Notes: generated by a model from the letters alone, not told the origin. A DNA stretch of 64,000 nucleotides from Spiroplasma sp. (GCA_965226525.1 OZ245361.1:545064-609063), one strand, 5' to 3'. Counted from the first letter of the stretch, positions 33,456-47,405 are shown. Numbers and translations: made by a program.

Positions 33456-36350
33456 ATGAAACATATTAGCAGTAAGCAACTTAGACAGTTATGAGTCTCT
33501 TATTGAGTTCTTAAACGAAATCATAAATTAGTTCAACCTTGTTCACTAGTTGGAAAAGATGACTCTTTGTTGTGAGTTAATTCAGGCATTGCTTGCTTGA
33601 AACAGTTTTTTCTTAATCCTGATACAGCTGTTGCAACCAGAATTTTTAACATTCAAAGAGCAGTTCGAACTGATGATTTGGACTTAATTGGTAAAACTAA
33701 TCGTCATCTGAGTTTTTTTGAAATGATGGGTAATTTTTCTCTAGGTGATTATGGTAAAAAAGAAGCAATTGTTTGAGCATGAGAGTTTTTAACTAGTAAG
33801 GACTGATTAAACCTGGATAAAAGTAAAATTTATATAACTGTTTTCCAAGATGATCAAGAGAGTATCAATGTTTGTCAGCAATTTTTACAGGTTTCTATCC
33901 AAAATGGTAATTTATTTCTTAAGGGTAAAAAGACTAATTTTTGGGATTTAGGTGTTGGTCCCTGTGGTCCTAATTTAGAGTTTTTTTATGATTTAGGTCC
34001 TCAATTAGAAAAGCAACCAAAGAAAGCAGGTACTTTGCTTTTGCAACAAGATGCAGAAAATGATCGTTTTTTAGAAATTTGAAACATTGTTTTTTCAGAA
34101 TTTTTTAACAATACCAAAAACTCTTCTCCTAACTACCTTGAAAAAAGCAAAGGGATTTATCCTAGTTTAGAGGGTAAAAACTACTTAAATTTACCCAGAA
34201 AAAACATTGATACAGGAATGGGATTGGAAAGAATTTTAACTGTTTTACAAAGAAAAGAAAGTTGTTTTGAAACTGACTTATTTCAAGATATTTTTATTTT
34301 TTTAGCAGATAAGTTGCAAGAGTTTAAAATTACTGTTTCTCCTCCTCTTTCCAAAAATCCTCAACTCCGAATTATTGCTGATCACCTTCGGGCAGTTTAT
34401 TTTATGTTGTCTGATCTTATTCAATCTGATAAATCATGAAGTTTTCAAAACAAGCATGCTTACATAGTTCGTAAAATAATTCGTAATGCTTTTTTAACAG
34501 CTTATTTTCTGGGTTTTAACAAACCTTTTTTATTTTTAGGTGTAACAGTAGTTGCTGATAAAAACCTTTCAAAAATCCAACCAATGGCACAATTAATTTC
34601 CCAAATTCAAAATCTGGTTTTAGATGAAGAGAAGAGTTTTTTATTTTTGTTGGAAAAGGTTAATTATTTTTTAAAAACAACACACTTGGATGGTGCTACT
34701 ATTTTTAAACTGGTAACTGAAGAGGGTTTGCCATTTGTTTTATTAAAACAAATTGCTCAAGTTAAGAATATTTCTTTTGGACAAAAAGAGTATGAACAAA
34801 TTTGTCATTTAGAAAAGAAAAAACAGATGTTAAAAAATAAAAAGAGTCAAATTTGATTTGAAAAAACAGATGTTAAAAAACTATCCTTAGGAATAGATCA
34901 AAAAACCATTTTTCAAGAAAAAGTTCTTCAATCTCTGGACAGTAAAATTTTGGTAATTATCACTCTTCAAAACACTGAACAGTTAACTATAACTAATAAC
35001 TTGTCAGCAGGTCAACAAGGTTGAATAGTTGTTGATAAAACCCCTTTTTATGCCCAAAAAGGTGGTCAGGAGTCTGATCAGGGTTGATTTTCTAATTTAG
35101 ATGTTGCTGGTACAGTTTCCAATGTTGTTGTCAATGACTGGTTTCAACACCTTCATTTTGTTCAGGTTACAAAAGGAGAATTGAAAGTAGGCAGGCAAAT
35201 AAATTTGAAAGTGGATGCTACAAAACATCAATTAGCAACTAACAACCATTCAGCAACCCACCTTTTACTTGCTGCTTTGCGTAAGATCTTAGGGGAGGAG
35301 GTTTATCAATGTGGCTCATTAAACAACAGTCAGTATCTACGTCTAGATTTTTACAGTCAAAATCCAGAGTTACTGGACTCTTTTACTCTTTTAAAGCAAG
35401 TAGAAGAGTTAGTTAACCAAAAAATTCAAGAAAATATTCAGCCCCAAGTTAGTTTTGTTACACCTGAACAAGCACAAAAGATGCAAGCATTAGATTTTTT
35501 TAATGTTTCTCAATATTATCCAGAGAAAGTCAGGGTGGTTAACTTTGTTAATTATTCAGTTGAACTATGTGGTGGTACTCATGTAACAAAGACAAAGCAG
35601 ATTGAAAATTTTCTTATTACAAGCATTAAAAAAATTGGTAAAAACCATTTTCGAATTTATGCTGTCACTACTTGAGAAAAAACCACAACTGTTGTTGAGA
35701 AAAAACACCTGCTTTTTTGCCAAAAACTAGAACAAAACTCTGAGTTAAAAAATGCTTTTTTAACTGTTTCAGGAGTAAAAGATAGTTTAAAAGTGATTAC
35801 TGATTGTTCTTTCTATTTAGAAAGAGAATATTTGCAGAAACAATTTTTGTTGAAAATGGAAATGTTTCAGAAAAAACAAGAAACCCAACTTTTAAACCAA
35901 TTACTTTCTATTTACTCTCTTCCTGCTTCAGATCATCACTCATTGTCAGGAATTAGTTTTATCTATCATTGTCTGAATTTAGAAGATAATATTGATCAGA
36001 AACAACTGAATTATTTCAGGAAGCAAAAGCATTTTTCAGTTTTAATTCCAAGTAGTTTTACTTCATTAACTACTGGTTTTTCTCTGGATGCTTTTTTTTG
36101 AAAACTGTTTGATAAATTCAAAAAAACAGAGAAAGATTTTGTGTTTTTTTTTCAAAATAGGCAAAAAGTTGGTTGTAATTTTGTTTTGCAGTTTAATGAG
36201 AGCGTCCTAACTGTTGATTGGTGAAAAAAGATTTTATCAACTGAGCAAGTACAATTTGGTGTTAAAAAAAACAAAATTCAAGGTTTTTTTAAAACTTCTG
36301 CTGAGAAATTTTTGTCCTTTTTAAAAAGTAAAATAAAAGAAAAGGATTAA
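33456..36350 (+). CDS. alaS: Alanyl-tRNA synthetase
   Basis: 964 aa. It contains RHLSFFEMMGNFS, FWDLGVGPCGPNLEFFYD, DTGMGLERI, and the editing-domain motifs HSATHLL...CGGTHV. ORFs 34218, 34584, 35181 and 35793 are all in frame with ATG 33456. Confidence 0.92.
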
Positions 36351-36353
36351 AAA

Positions 36354-36785
36354 TTATCTTATTTTCCAGAAATTAGTAACAAAAATCCAGGACAGGATGA
36401 TGATGCCAAAAATACCTGCTTTTATTTCAAAAATAGTATCAGGTGCATACTTATCACCTATTCAAATAATTAAGACAGGCAAAACATAAACAATTAGTTT
36501 AAAAACCCCAAAGAAAAGAAAAATTGGCCATCTAAATCTTTGAAAGTTAAACATTTTTTCCAGAAACAAGTGTCAAAAAGCAAAAATAAAAGGATATCAA
36601 AAAAGGACAATGTTGAGAGAAAACAACCAACTAAAGTCCTTTTGAACAATGGCAACAACCAAAAAGACTCCTTCAACTAAAAGAATTATTGCTTTCTCCA
36701 AGTTGAAATAAGTTTTGATTTTATTTAGTACCAAAGAAACGATCACCAGCATCACCAAAACCAGGAACAATGTATTTTTTTTCAT
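36354..36785 (-). CDS. Small membrane protein (about 143 aa), start uncertain
   Basis: ORF 36597..36785 continues through 3 TGA codons to TAA (complement of 36354-36356). It has 3-4 hydrophobic segments. The ATG at 36785 lies 65 nt inside the upp 3' end, so a downstream start is possible. Confidence 0.5.
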
Positions 36786-37365
36786 TTAGTTTTGGATCAA
36801 TGTTGACAGTATAGATGTTGATCCCTTTTATCTTCTCTTCAATCTGTTTTTTGGCATATTGACTGGCAATTATGCTAACAAAATGAATTTGACAGTTTTT
36901 ACTAATCTTTTGAATTTTTTGAATGGCAGTAATTGCTGTTTTAGCAGTTGCCACCATTGGATCTAAAACAATAATTTGACTGTTTGTTTCTACTTTAGGG
37001 AACTTAAAATAGTATTCACAAACTTGAAAATTATTTTGATTTCGATAAAGACCAATATGACTAATTTTTGCTTCTGGAATCAACTCTTTAAATCCTTCTA
37101 AAAGTGCTAAACCAGCACGCATAATAGGAACTAAAATAATTTCTTCTGCTAGAATTGTAGCTGTTGTTTTGGTAAAGGGAGTTTCTACTGGAATTTTTTT
37201 AGTTTGTCATTCCTTTGTTACACTATTTACTAAGAGTTTGGCAATGTTAACCATTGCTTGGCAAAATTGTGTTCTTGATGTATCTTTTTTCCTCAAAGTA
37301 GTCAAATTGTGTTCAATAAGAGGACTTTTAATTATTTTTCACTGATTGTTTTTTATTTCCTTCAT
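36721..37365 (-). CDS. upp: Uracil phosphoribosyltransferase
   Basis: 214 aa. The N-terminus MKEIKNNQWKIIKSPLIEHNLTTLRKKDTS was recovered through 2 TGA codons. The C-terminus is YIVPGFGDAGDRFFGTK. Confidence 0.9.
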
Positions 37366-37448
37366 TGTTTCAGGGTTTGTTAAAAATAAATTATAAACAA
37401 AAGTTGAGTAGTTAAAGAATATTTTCTTGTTTTTCTCCTCCCTTTTAG

Positions 37449-37454
37449 TATAAT
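37449..37454 (+). promoter_or_regulatory. Candidate -10 box (TATAAT) for the atp operon
   Basis: A perfect TATAAT sits 10 nt upstream of the atpB ATG at 37465, implying a very short or absent leader. No good -35 box is seen. Confidence 0.4.
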
Positions 37455-37464
37455 CCCCTTGTTA

Positions 37465-38157
37465 ATGGTCAGAAACATCTTTTGAACTTTTAGTTATCAA
37501 AACCTGTCAGCAGTTTTACTTTCTTTGGTTTTAACTACCTTTTTAGTGATAGTTCTTTCCTTGGTTTATTGATGGCAAGTGCGAAAAAAGAAGGTTGATG
37601 ATTTGCCAACAGGTTTTTTGTTGTTGGTTGAGTTAGTCTTGAAAGGTTTAGAGGATTTAATTAAAAAGTCTCTGGGCAAAAAGTTTATTAAATTAACCCC
37701 TTACTTTTTTTACCTTTTACTTTATATTAACTTGGGAAATGTGATCACTTTGTTTTTTGGTTTAGAAAGTCCTTTTGCTTTTTTAACAGTTGTAGCTAGT
37801 CTAGGTTTTGTTACCTTTTTAGGTATCTACTATTTTGGTATTTATTTTGAAGGTTGAAGTTTTTTTAAGGGTTATCTTAATCCTTTACAATTTATCTCCC
37901 AGATTGCCAGTTGAATTTCTATTTCTTTTCGATTGTTTGGTAATATTCTTGCTGGCACTTTTGTTGTTGCTCTTTCTTATCAGTTTTTAATGAATTCTGA
38001 GTTGGGACAGAGTTTGCGCTGATTTAATGTTTTAGCTGTTTTGATTGCCCCTTTGAAGTTCTATTTTGATGTTTTTTCAGGTACTTTACACTCTTTTATT
38101 TTTGTTTTGTTGACTTTGACTTATTGATCACTTTCTCGTTCTTCTGAGTCTAGTTAA
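37465..38157 (+). CDS. atpB: F0F1 ATP synthase subunit a
   Basis: 230 aa. It has the FRLFGNILAG motif (essential Arg). The ATG at 37465 was recovered upstream of the track ORF through TGA codons. Confidence 0.88.
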
Positions 38158-38176
38158 AAAAATTTTTAGAGAGTTT

Positions 38177-38467
38177 TTGCCAGTTATATCTAAGAAATGC
38201 TATAATGAAGTTGCTTTTTTTGTTTTTCTGATTATGGAAGTTGGTATTGAAGCCTTTAAGTATTTAGCAGTTGGATTATCTTCACTGTCTTTTGTTGGTA
38301 CTAGTCTTGGTCAAGGTATTGCTGCTGGTAAGGCAGCTGAGGCCGTTGGTCGTAATCCAGATGCTGAGGGTAAGATTCGGACAATGTTAATTATTGGTTG
38401 TGCAATTGCTGAATCAGCAGCAATCTATGCTTTGATTTTGTCTTTAATTATTCTTTTTGTTTTGTAG
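38177..38467 (+). CDS. atpE: F0F1 ATP synthase subunit c
   Basis: GQGIAAGKAAEAVGRNPDAEGKIRTMLIIGCAIAESAAIYALI forms the c-subunit hairpin with the conserved Glu. The start is either TTG 38177 or ATG 38234. Confidence 0.88.
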   Translation: MPVISKKCYNEVAFFVFLIMEVGIEAFKYLAVGLSSLSFVGTSLGQGIAAGKAAEAVGRNPDAEGKIRTMLIIGCAIAESAAIYALILSLIILFVL

Positions 38468-38500
38468 AGTTTAAGTCTATCTAACATAATTTTTTGAAGT

Positions 38501-39022
38501 ATGATAGTTTTTGAAGCGGTTGTTGATGTTGCTGGTAAGTTAACAATTGCTGATATTCCGCTTTTAATTGCTCATTTAATTGCTAGTTTATTAATGATTT
38601 TTTTTCTTTCCTTCTTTGTTTATCAACCTTTTAAAAGTTGGGTTCAAAGACGAGAGGAAAAATTAAAAAATAATTTAGTTGATACAAAAAAAAACCTAGC
38701 AACTGCCAAAGAGAAGGAGTCTTTAGCACAAAAAGAGTTGGTAAATGCCAAATTTTTAGCAAAACAAATTCTTGATGAAGCAAGGGAGAGAGTAGTTAGA
38801 GAGAAAACAGAGATCATTAAACAAACCAAGAAGTTAAGAGAGCAGATGTTGGCAGAATCTCATTTGGAAAAGTTACAAATTAAAAAACAGTTTAAAAAAG
38901 AAATTGAAAAAAGTATTGCTTTGAATGCAATTGCTCTTTCTAAAAAGATTTTACTTGCTGATTTAACTCCCCAAAAACATCAGAAATTGATTGAGCATTT
39001 TTTGACTAGTTTAGATGAATAA
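38501..39022 (+). CDS. atpF: F0F1 ATP synthase subunit b
   Basis: 173 aa with an N-terminal TM helix followed by a long charged helix. It sits in the expected operon position. Confidence 0.8.
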   Translation: MIVFEAVVDVAGKLTIADIPLLIAHLIASLLMIFFLSFFVYQPFKSWVQRREEKLKNNLVDTKKNLATAKEKESLAQKELVNAKFLAKQILDEARERVVREKTEIIKQTKKLREQMLAESHLEKLQIKKQFKKEIEKSIALNAIALSKKILLADLTPQKHQKLIEHFLTSLDE

Positions 39023-39554
39023 AGTTAGTGATCCAGTTTCCATTTATGTTCAAGCTTTTTTTAACTTATGTGTGAATAAAAAAGTAAAATGACAAGATTA
39101 CTTGGAAACTAATTTGAGTTTAATTAAACTTTTAACTTTGAATCAAAATTACTTTTGAAACTGATTACAGAGGTTAGATCTTATTCAACTGAAAAAGGAA
39201 CTAAAGATAATTTTGCCTTCTCAGTTAGAAGCTTATTGATGGAATTTGATTAACATTTTACTTGAAGACTGTAATTTTCATTTGTTTTTGTCAATTTTAT
39301 TTTCTTTGAAAAAAAAAATGTATCAGGTTTTAAACATTAAGTTAGTTAATGTCTATTCAGTAGTTCCTTTAAACCAAAAACAACTGCAACAATTAGAAAG
39401 GAAGTTGATTAAAAGATTGCAAGCTTCTGTTGAATTGGTTACTAAAATTGACAAAGAATTACTTGGAGGAGTATGTGTAGAAGTTGGTAATTTAAGATTG
39501 GATAACTCTTTACAGAAAAGACTTTGGGATCTGGAACAGGAGTTTACAAAGTAG
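39015..39554 (+). CDS. atpH: F0F1 ATP synthase subunit delta
   Basis: 179 aa. The ATG at 39015 overlaps the atpF stop (ATGAATAA). ORF 39246.. is in frame. The C-terminus is ELLGGVCVEVGNLRLDNSLQKRL. Confidence 0.78.
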
Positions 39555-39559
39555 TTTAG

Positions 39560-41086
39560 ATGAAAATTAAGGTTTCTGAAATTGCTAAAATTATCCAGGA
39601 TCGGATTGAAAACTACCACTTTCCAACTCAAGTTGTTACTGGTAAGGTAGTTTCAGTATCAGATGGTGTAGTTATTGTTCAGGGTTTGGATGATGTTGGT
39701 TATTTTGAAACTCTTGTTTTTGCTAATGGTAGTTTAGGATTAGCATTTAGTTTGGAAAAAAATCATATTGGTGTAGTGGTTTTTAATAAATGAACAGAGA
39801 TTAAAGAAAATGATAGTGTTCAAAAAACTGATCAGATTCTTTCTATTCCTGTTGGTAATCAATTTTTAGGCCGAGTTGTTGATCCACTGAGTGTTCCAAT
39901 CGATGGTTTGGGTGAGATTCAATCAACTGAAAAAGCTATGGTAGAAAAAGTTGCTCCAGGAGTTATTGTTAGAGAGTCAGTCAATCAACCTCTAGAAACT
40001 GGTGTGTTAATTTTGGATGCACTGTTACCTATTGGTAAGGGACAGAGGGAGTTGATTGTTGGTGATCGTCAAACAGGCAAAACCACTTTAGCGGTTGATA
40101 CTATTATTAATCAGGTTGGCAAAAATGTTGTTTGTGTTTATGTAGCTATTGCTCAAAAAACTTCTAGTGTATTAAAGACAATCAATCGATTAAAAGCTAA
40201 TAATGCTTTAAAAAACACTGTTGTTGTTTTATCATCTGCTTCTCAATCAGAGGCTATTCATTTTTTAACTCCTTTTTCAGGAATGACTCATGCTGAGTTT
40301 TTTCTCAAACAAGGAAAAGATGTTTTAATTGTTTTTGATGATTTATCTAAACATGCTGTTGCTTACCGTGGATTATCATTACTTTTGAAACAAACTTCTG
40401 GTCGTCAAGCTTATCCAGGTGATATTTTTTATTTGCATTCCCGTCTTTTAGAAAGAGCAGTTAAGTTAAACCCCCAAAATGGTGGCGGTTCTATTACTGC
40501 CCTACCTATTATTGAGACTCAAATGGAAGATTTAACTGCCTATATTCCTACTAATGTTATTTCTATTACTGATGGACAAATTTTTTTATTGAGTAAAATG
40601 TTTAACCTTGGTTTTAAACCAGCAGTTGATCTAGGTTTATCAGTTTCTCGGGTTGGCTCTTCTGCCCAAACTCCAGCAATTAAAAAAATGGTTGGTAATT
40701 TAAAGTTGGATTTAGCCAGTTATCATGAGTTAAAAGTTTTTTCTCAATTGGGTGGTAGTTTAGATGGTAAAACTCAAAAAACACTTGAACATGGTGCTAA
40801 AGTGATGGAAATTTTGAAACAGAGAGAAGGAGAGTTAATTCCTCAATGAATCATGTGTATTATTTTATGGATTATTAAAAATAATCTTTTGGAGAAATTA
40901 AAAGTTTATCAAGTAACTGATTTTAAAAATGATTTGATTAGACATTTTTTGTCTCTGAAAAAAACTGTTTTTTTTGTGCAATCTTTTGCTAATGCTAAAG
41001 AAGCAATGACTGTTCCAACTGAAAAGAAGATAGCAGCAGAAGTTAAAAAGATTATGGACAAATTTGTAGTTTTGAATCAAAAATAG
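39560..41086 (+). CDS. atpA: F0F1 ATP synthase subunit alpha
   Basis: 508 aa. Walker A GDRQTGKT. ORFs 39560, 39908 and 40853 share one frame, joined by TGA codons. Confidence 0.93.
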
Positions 41087-41112
41087 TTGAATAGAAAGCA
41101 TTTAGTTTTGGT

Positions 41113-43363
<2,251 letters not shown>

Positions 43364-43397
43364 TTTTTGATATTTATAAAAAATTTTTGGAAAAATT

Positions 43398-45353
43398 ATG
43401 TTAGAATTGGTTTTCAGAACAATGAAATCTGTGTCAAGAAAATTTTCAGTTTTTTTCTTTTTTTCTTTTTTAGCAGTTCTTTTTTCTGGATTTTTTTTCT
43501 TTTCAGGTTTTTCTTCACAAATGGCGGTTCAGACAGAAGTGGTTGCTTCTGATCAGACATCTCATCCAGAGGTGTTAAAAAAAGAATCTCATGCTTTTGA
43601 AGAAGCTGATGAAGTTGATGATCTTTCTTTGCTGGATGGCAGGATTAATGAAATTTTGTCACCAATATTACTTGATGCTCTTGAAGATATTTCACTTGTT
43701 GAAGGTGATGAGACGGTTGAATACAAGTTTCGTACTCTTACCTTTCAATGGGCAAGGTTTTATTTGATAGAAGGAATTGAAAAAACTTCACTTGGTGATC
43801 AAAGTTTATTTGAAAATACAAAGATAAACTTATCAGACATTTCAGAGAAATTTCAACCTGATAACTCTGTTTGGCAGTTTCTCAGGGACTTGATTCAAAA
43901 AAACAATGTTAATCCAGATTTGTTGGCAATTTGAAAACAGCAAAAGGTTGCTGCAGAAGAAAAATTTTTGAATTCTATTCGGAGTTTGCTTTTAAAGTTT
44001 CAGGCAGTAGGTCTCAAAGGTTACAATTTTTGACGTTTAATCAAAGTTGATAAAGATATTTTTATTGACTTGGACTTGAGTCATGTTGACAATTTAGCAA
44101 CTGTTAGTTTTGCTCAGTTGCCTGTTCAAACCAAAGTTCAATTACGCACTTTTTTTCTTGTATTAAAAGGCAATCCTGAATATACAGAGGGAGTATTAGA
44201 ATTATTAATCTCGGCTGAGTTTGATGAGGTACTTCTTGGTATCAGAGCACTTAGAGCATTGAACAAGATGAAATATTTTGTTGATAATGTTGATGATTTT
44301 CCCAAACTAGAGGTCTTAGTTAATGCTTCTAAAAACCCTAGAAATTGACGTTGATTTACTCATTTGTCACAAAGTGACTTTTTAACTGTTTTGCAAACTG
44401 GTAAGGAAATTTTGCCTATTTTTCATTTTGTTTTAAATGTTTACAGACAAAAAATGCTTTTTCCCCTTCTCAGACAAATGCATCTTAATCAAGTAAAACA
44501 CTTTAAGTTTGACCGTCGTCTTACTGATGGTTCTGTTGTTACTAAGGGACTTGATGTTGATGAGTTGTTGTCTTTACCAAATATGTTGGTTGATTTTGGA
44601 GAAATGAGTTTAGGTGCCAAAAGACAGTTAGTTCATATGCTTTTCAATGGTGTTGTCTCTTCTGATTTGGAACCGGTTGTGGATCGTGTTTTTATTTCTA
44701 GAAACCAATTAAAAGCTAGATGAGAACTTAATTATAAGAATTTATTTCGGAGTGAAATTTTTAATGATGTTCGTCACTATCTTGTAAGGTGGCAGAAAAT
44801 TGTTTTGGAGACTGATGTAGAACCTATTGATTTACCAAAGTTTCTTCTTGATGTCCCAAACTTGGCCACAGTAGAATTTAATGACTTAGATCAAAGAGTG
44901 AAGAATTGATTCGGCTCTGTTGTGAAGTATGCTGATAGTCTTTTTAATTTAGAAATGATTTTATACAATGAGTATTTGAATATTTTTGCTTTTGCAATTG
45001 AGGATGAATTGAAGCAATTGAGGCAAGCAAAACCAACAGTTAGAAGAATTGTTATTGGTAAGGATATAGTGCAAGAATATTGACACCAACCTAAGAATAA
45101 TTGTTGATGATGACAGTTTTGGTGTACTAAACCTAAACCAATTTTAAAGAAAAAAACACTCTATAGGGGTAAAGTTTATTATTTACACAATTTGTTTAAT
45201 GCTGCTGAAGCTGGAGTTTCTCATGGTTTTTATCATAGAATGAATAAAAAGACTTTAGCTGAGTTAAAACGTCTTACAGGTGGTTGACGACTTACTGTTG
45301 AAAAGTTCTTTCTTGCAATGCCAAGACAGGTTGATGGTCCTTGGTGATTGTAG
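43398..45353 (+). CDS. Secreted or N-anchored protein of unknown function (651 aa) inserted after atpD
   Basis: ORFs 43398, 44070 and 44364 share one frame, joined by TGA codons. TAG at 45351-45353. The signal-like N-terminus is MKSVSRKFSVFFFFSFLAVLFSGFFFFSG (alternative start at 43422). No C-terminal TM helix. Confidence 0.75.
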
Positions 45354-45981
45354 TTGGGTTTTAAATACTCCTGTTTAGTTATTTTTAGTTAGTTTATAGT
45401 TGATTTTCTGTTCAAGAATAATTCCTATTAGGACAAGTTGTCTGTGCTTTTCTAACTTTGTTTTGTTGAAGATATGGATTAAATCTTCCAACAACCAAAA
45501 CAATTAAAAAGAAAAGCAGAAAAAAGAAATCATAGGTAGTGAGAAAGTTGGGTTGTTTACTAAAAGGAAGAAGACAATAAATTGAAGAAAGGTTTTTTTG
45601 AGTTGCTATTAGAAAACTACTGCTAAGTAACTGGGTTTTGACCTGGGTACAATTTGATTAAGAAGTTGTATCAAAAAAGCAAATTAGCAAAAAACATTTA
45701 TCAAAAAGAAAACCACAAACTAATTTATGTTGGTAGCAAAAGTTTTAGCAGAGAATAAAACTAACTGAAAAAACTGCAAACAAAGTAACTTTGAAAAATG
45801 TTAAAAAGGAAGATCTTATCTGATGTTTTTTAACAATAAAATTACTTCTTCACTTTTCTTATTAACTTGGATACCTATTTCATAGTTGATTGCTGTTGCC
45901 TTATGAAATTTTTAAATTAACGTTCAAAATAATGCTGATCTTTGCAAAAGATAAATAAAGAAATTCTTGGTTGTTTTTACT

Positions 45982-46875
45982 TTATCTTTTTTCTCTTTGA
46001 TGTTTAATCACCAACCATACAATTAGTAGTAAAAGCAAGAAAATTACTCCACCTAAAGAGTAAAATGTGACAAATTCAGTGTTTTTTTTACTTTCTTTTT
46101 CATAATTATTTATTTTTTTTCTTTTTTCAATTACCTGAAAAATTTTTTTTCTAAAATCTTCAACTGAAAGGGAACTAATTTTTTTTAATTCTTTAAGAGT
46201 GTTTACATCTTTAAAATGAGAAGGTTTCTTTTTTTCTCTTTCTTTTTTAAAAACATTTAGATCAATTACTTTTTTATTTATTTCAATTTTTTCTGCTTGA
46301 ACACTCCCTAAAAAAGGTATTAATTTTTGAACTACTTTTCAGTGCTCTTCTAATTTTTTGTCAATATTTTTGTCAATAATTAATTTGATGTTTTTACCAG
46401 ATAAACTTATTAACTTTTTTTTGTGATATTCATAACTAACTTTATCTAATTCTTTTATCTTTTTTGTGCCATCAAAGAGGTTGGAAAGTGAATATTTGTT
46501 ATTTGGAGCAATTTCAATTGCTTCTAAACCAGCACTTTCTATTCGTTTTTTTTCTTTCAAAATTTCTTCTCAGATTTTTTGTAGTCCTATATCAAGAGTT
46601 TCTTTGAGAAAATTGAAGTATTCTTTTCCTTCATTGGGTATTCTTTCTTGTTCATATTCAATACCTGCTTCTTCTAAATTTGCTTTTAAATCTGCTATTT
46701 CTTTTGATAGTGGTTTTATTTCTGTAGATGTTTGAGATTTTTCAGCAAAGTGGTTAGTAACTTTTGTTTTATTTGGAAGAATTGAAACTCCCAAAACAAC
46801 AACAAAGATCAGGAAAAAAATTATTGCCTTAAAAACAGGATTTTTTTTGTTAAGTTTATCCCTTCTAAAAGTCAT
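45982..46875 (-). CDS. K/E-rich protein with N- and C-terminal TM segments (297 aa)
   Basis: ORFs 46570..46875 and 46339..46560 share one frame, joined by TGA codons. I hand-translated on to TAA (complement of 45982-45984). The N-terminus has FKAIIFFLIFVVVLGVSIL and the C-terminus has GGVIFLLLLLIVWLVIKHQREKR. Confidence 0.7.
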
Positions 46876-47076
46876 TGCATTCAGACCAACAGTTTAATTC
46901 TAAAATTAGTTAAAAAAGTTAAATTGAAAAAAAACACCCTAATTAATTCTCAAAGACATTGCTTTTTTTTACCATAAAAAAGCAGAAATATAATTTTTAT
47001 AGAAATAAGAGTAATATTTTGTCAGAATTATGTGAAACCAACATAAAATAATTGCTGAGGATTTATTACTCAGAAA

Positions 47077-47364
47077 ATGTCAAAGATCAGATTTAAAATT
47101 TTTAAATATTATCAATTGCTTTTCTCTTTTGATGATGTTAAATCAATTTCTTTTTGCGCTGAGAAAAAAGGTGTGTTGACAGTTTTGTTTGATCATATGC
47201 CTATTATTGCTTCAATTAAGGATTCAGTAGTTTTTTTACATTTTACTTCTGATGATAAAAAGAAGAAAAGGTTTTGAATACAAAGGGGTATTTTTTCTTT
47301 TCAGAACAATGAAGCTAAATTAGTTGCTGATGAACTGAAGGAATTAAAGAAGGATAGCAATTAG
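47077..47364 (+). CDS. atpC: F0F1 ATP synthase subunit epsilon (short, 95 aa)
   Basis: The pattern FKIF...VKSISFCAEKKGVLTVLFDHMPIIASIKDSVVFL...WIQRGIFSFQNNEAKLVADE resembles the epsilon beta-sandwich (G-x-LGILP-x-H-x-P...GG-x-x-E-V). It continues through one TGA to TAG at 47362-47364. Confidence 0.6.
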
Positions 47365-47405
47365 TTCTTTGATGTTTTTACAAAATAATTTTTCAGTTTC
47401 TATTT

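Noticed and set aside
38644-41101. Antisense or alternate-frame ORFs within the atp genes (38644..38829, 39353..39631, 40898..41101).
   Set aside because: They lie within atpF, atpH and atpA, whose frames carry diagnostic motifs.
43364-43397. An initial impression that the atp operon lacks an epsilon subunit.
   Set aside because: An epsilon-like 95-aa ORF was found at 47077..47364 after the inserted genes. I therefore report this as a split operon, not a gene loss.
46466-46735. A plus-strand 89-aa ORF opposite the K/E-rich gene.
   Set aside because: It is a Ser/Phe/Ile-rich mirror of the Lys/Glu-rich minus-strand frame. The minus frame is three times longer and has TM anchors at both ends.
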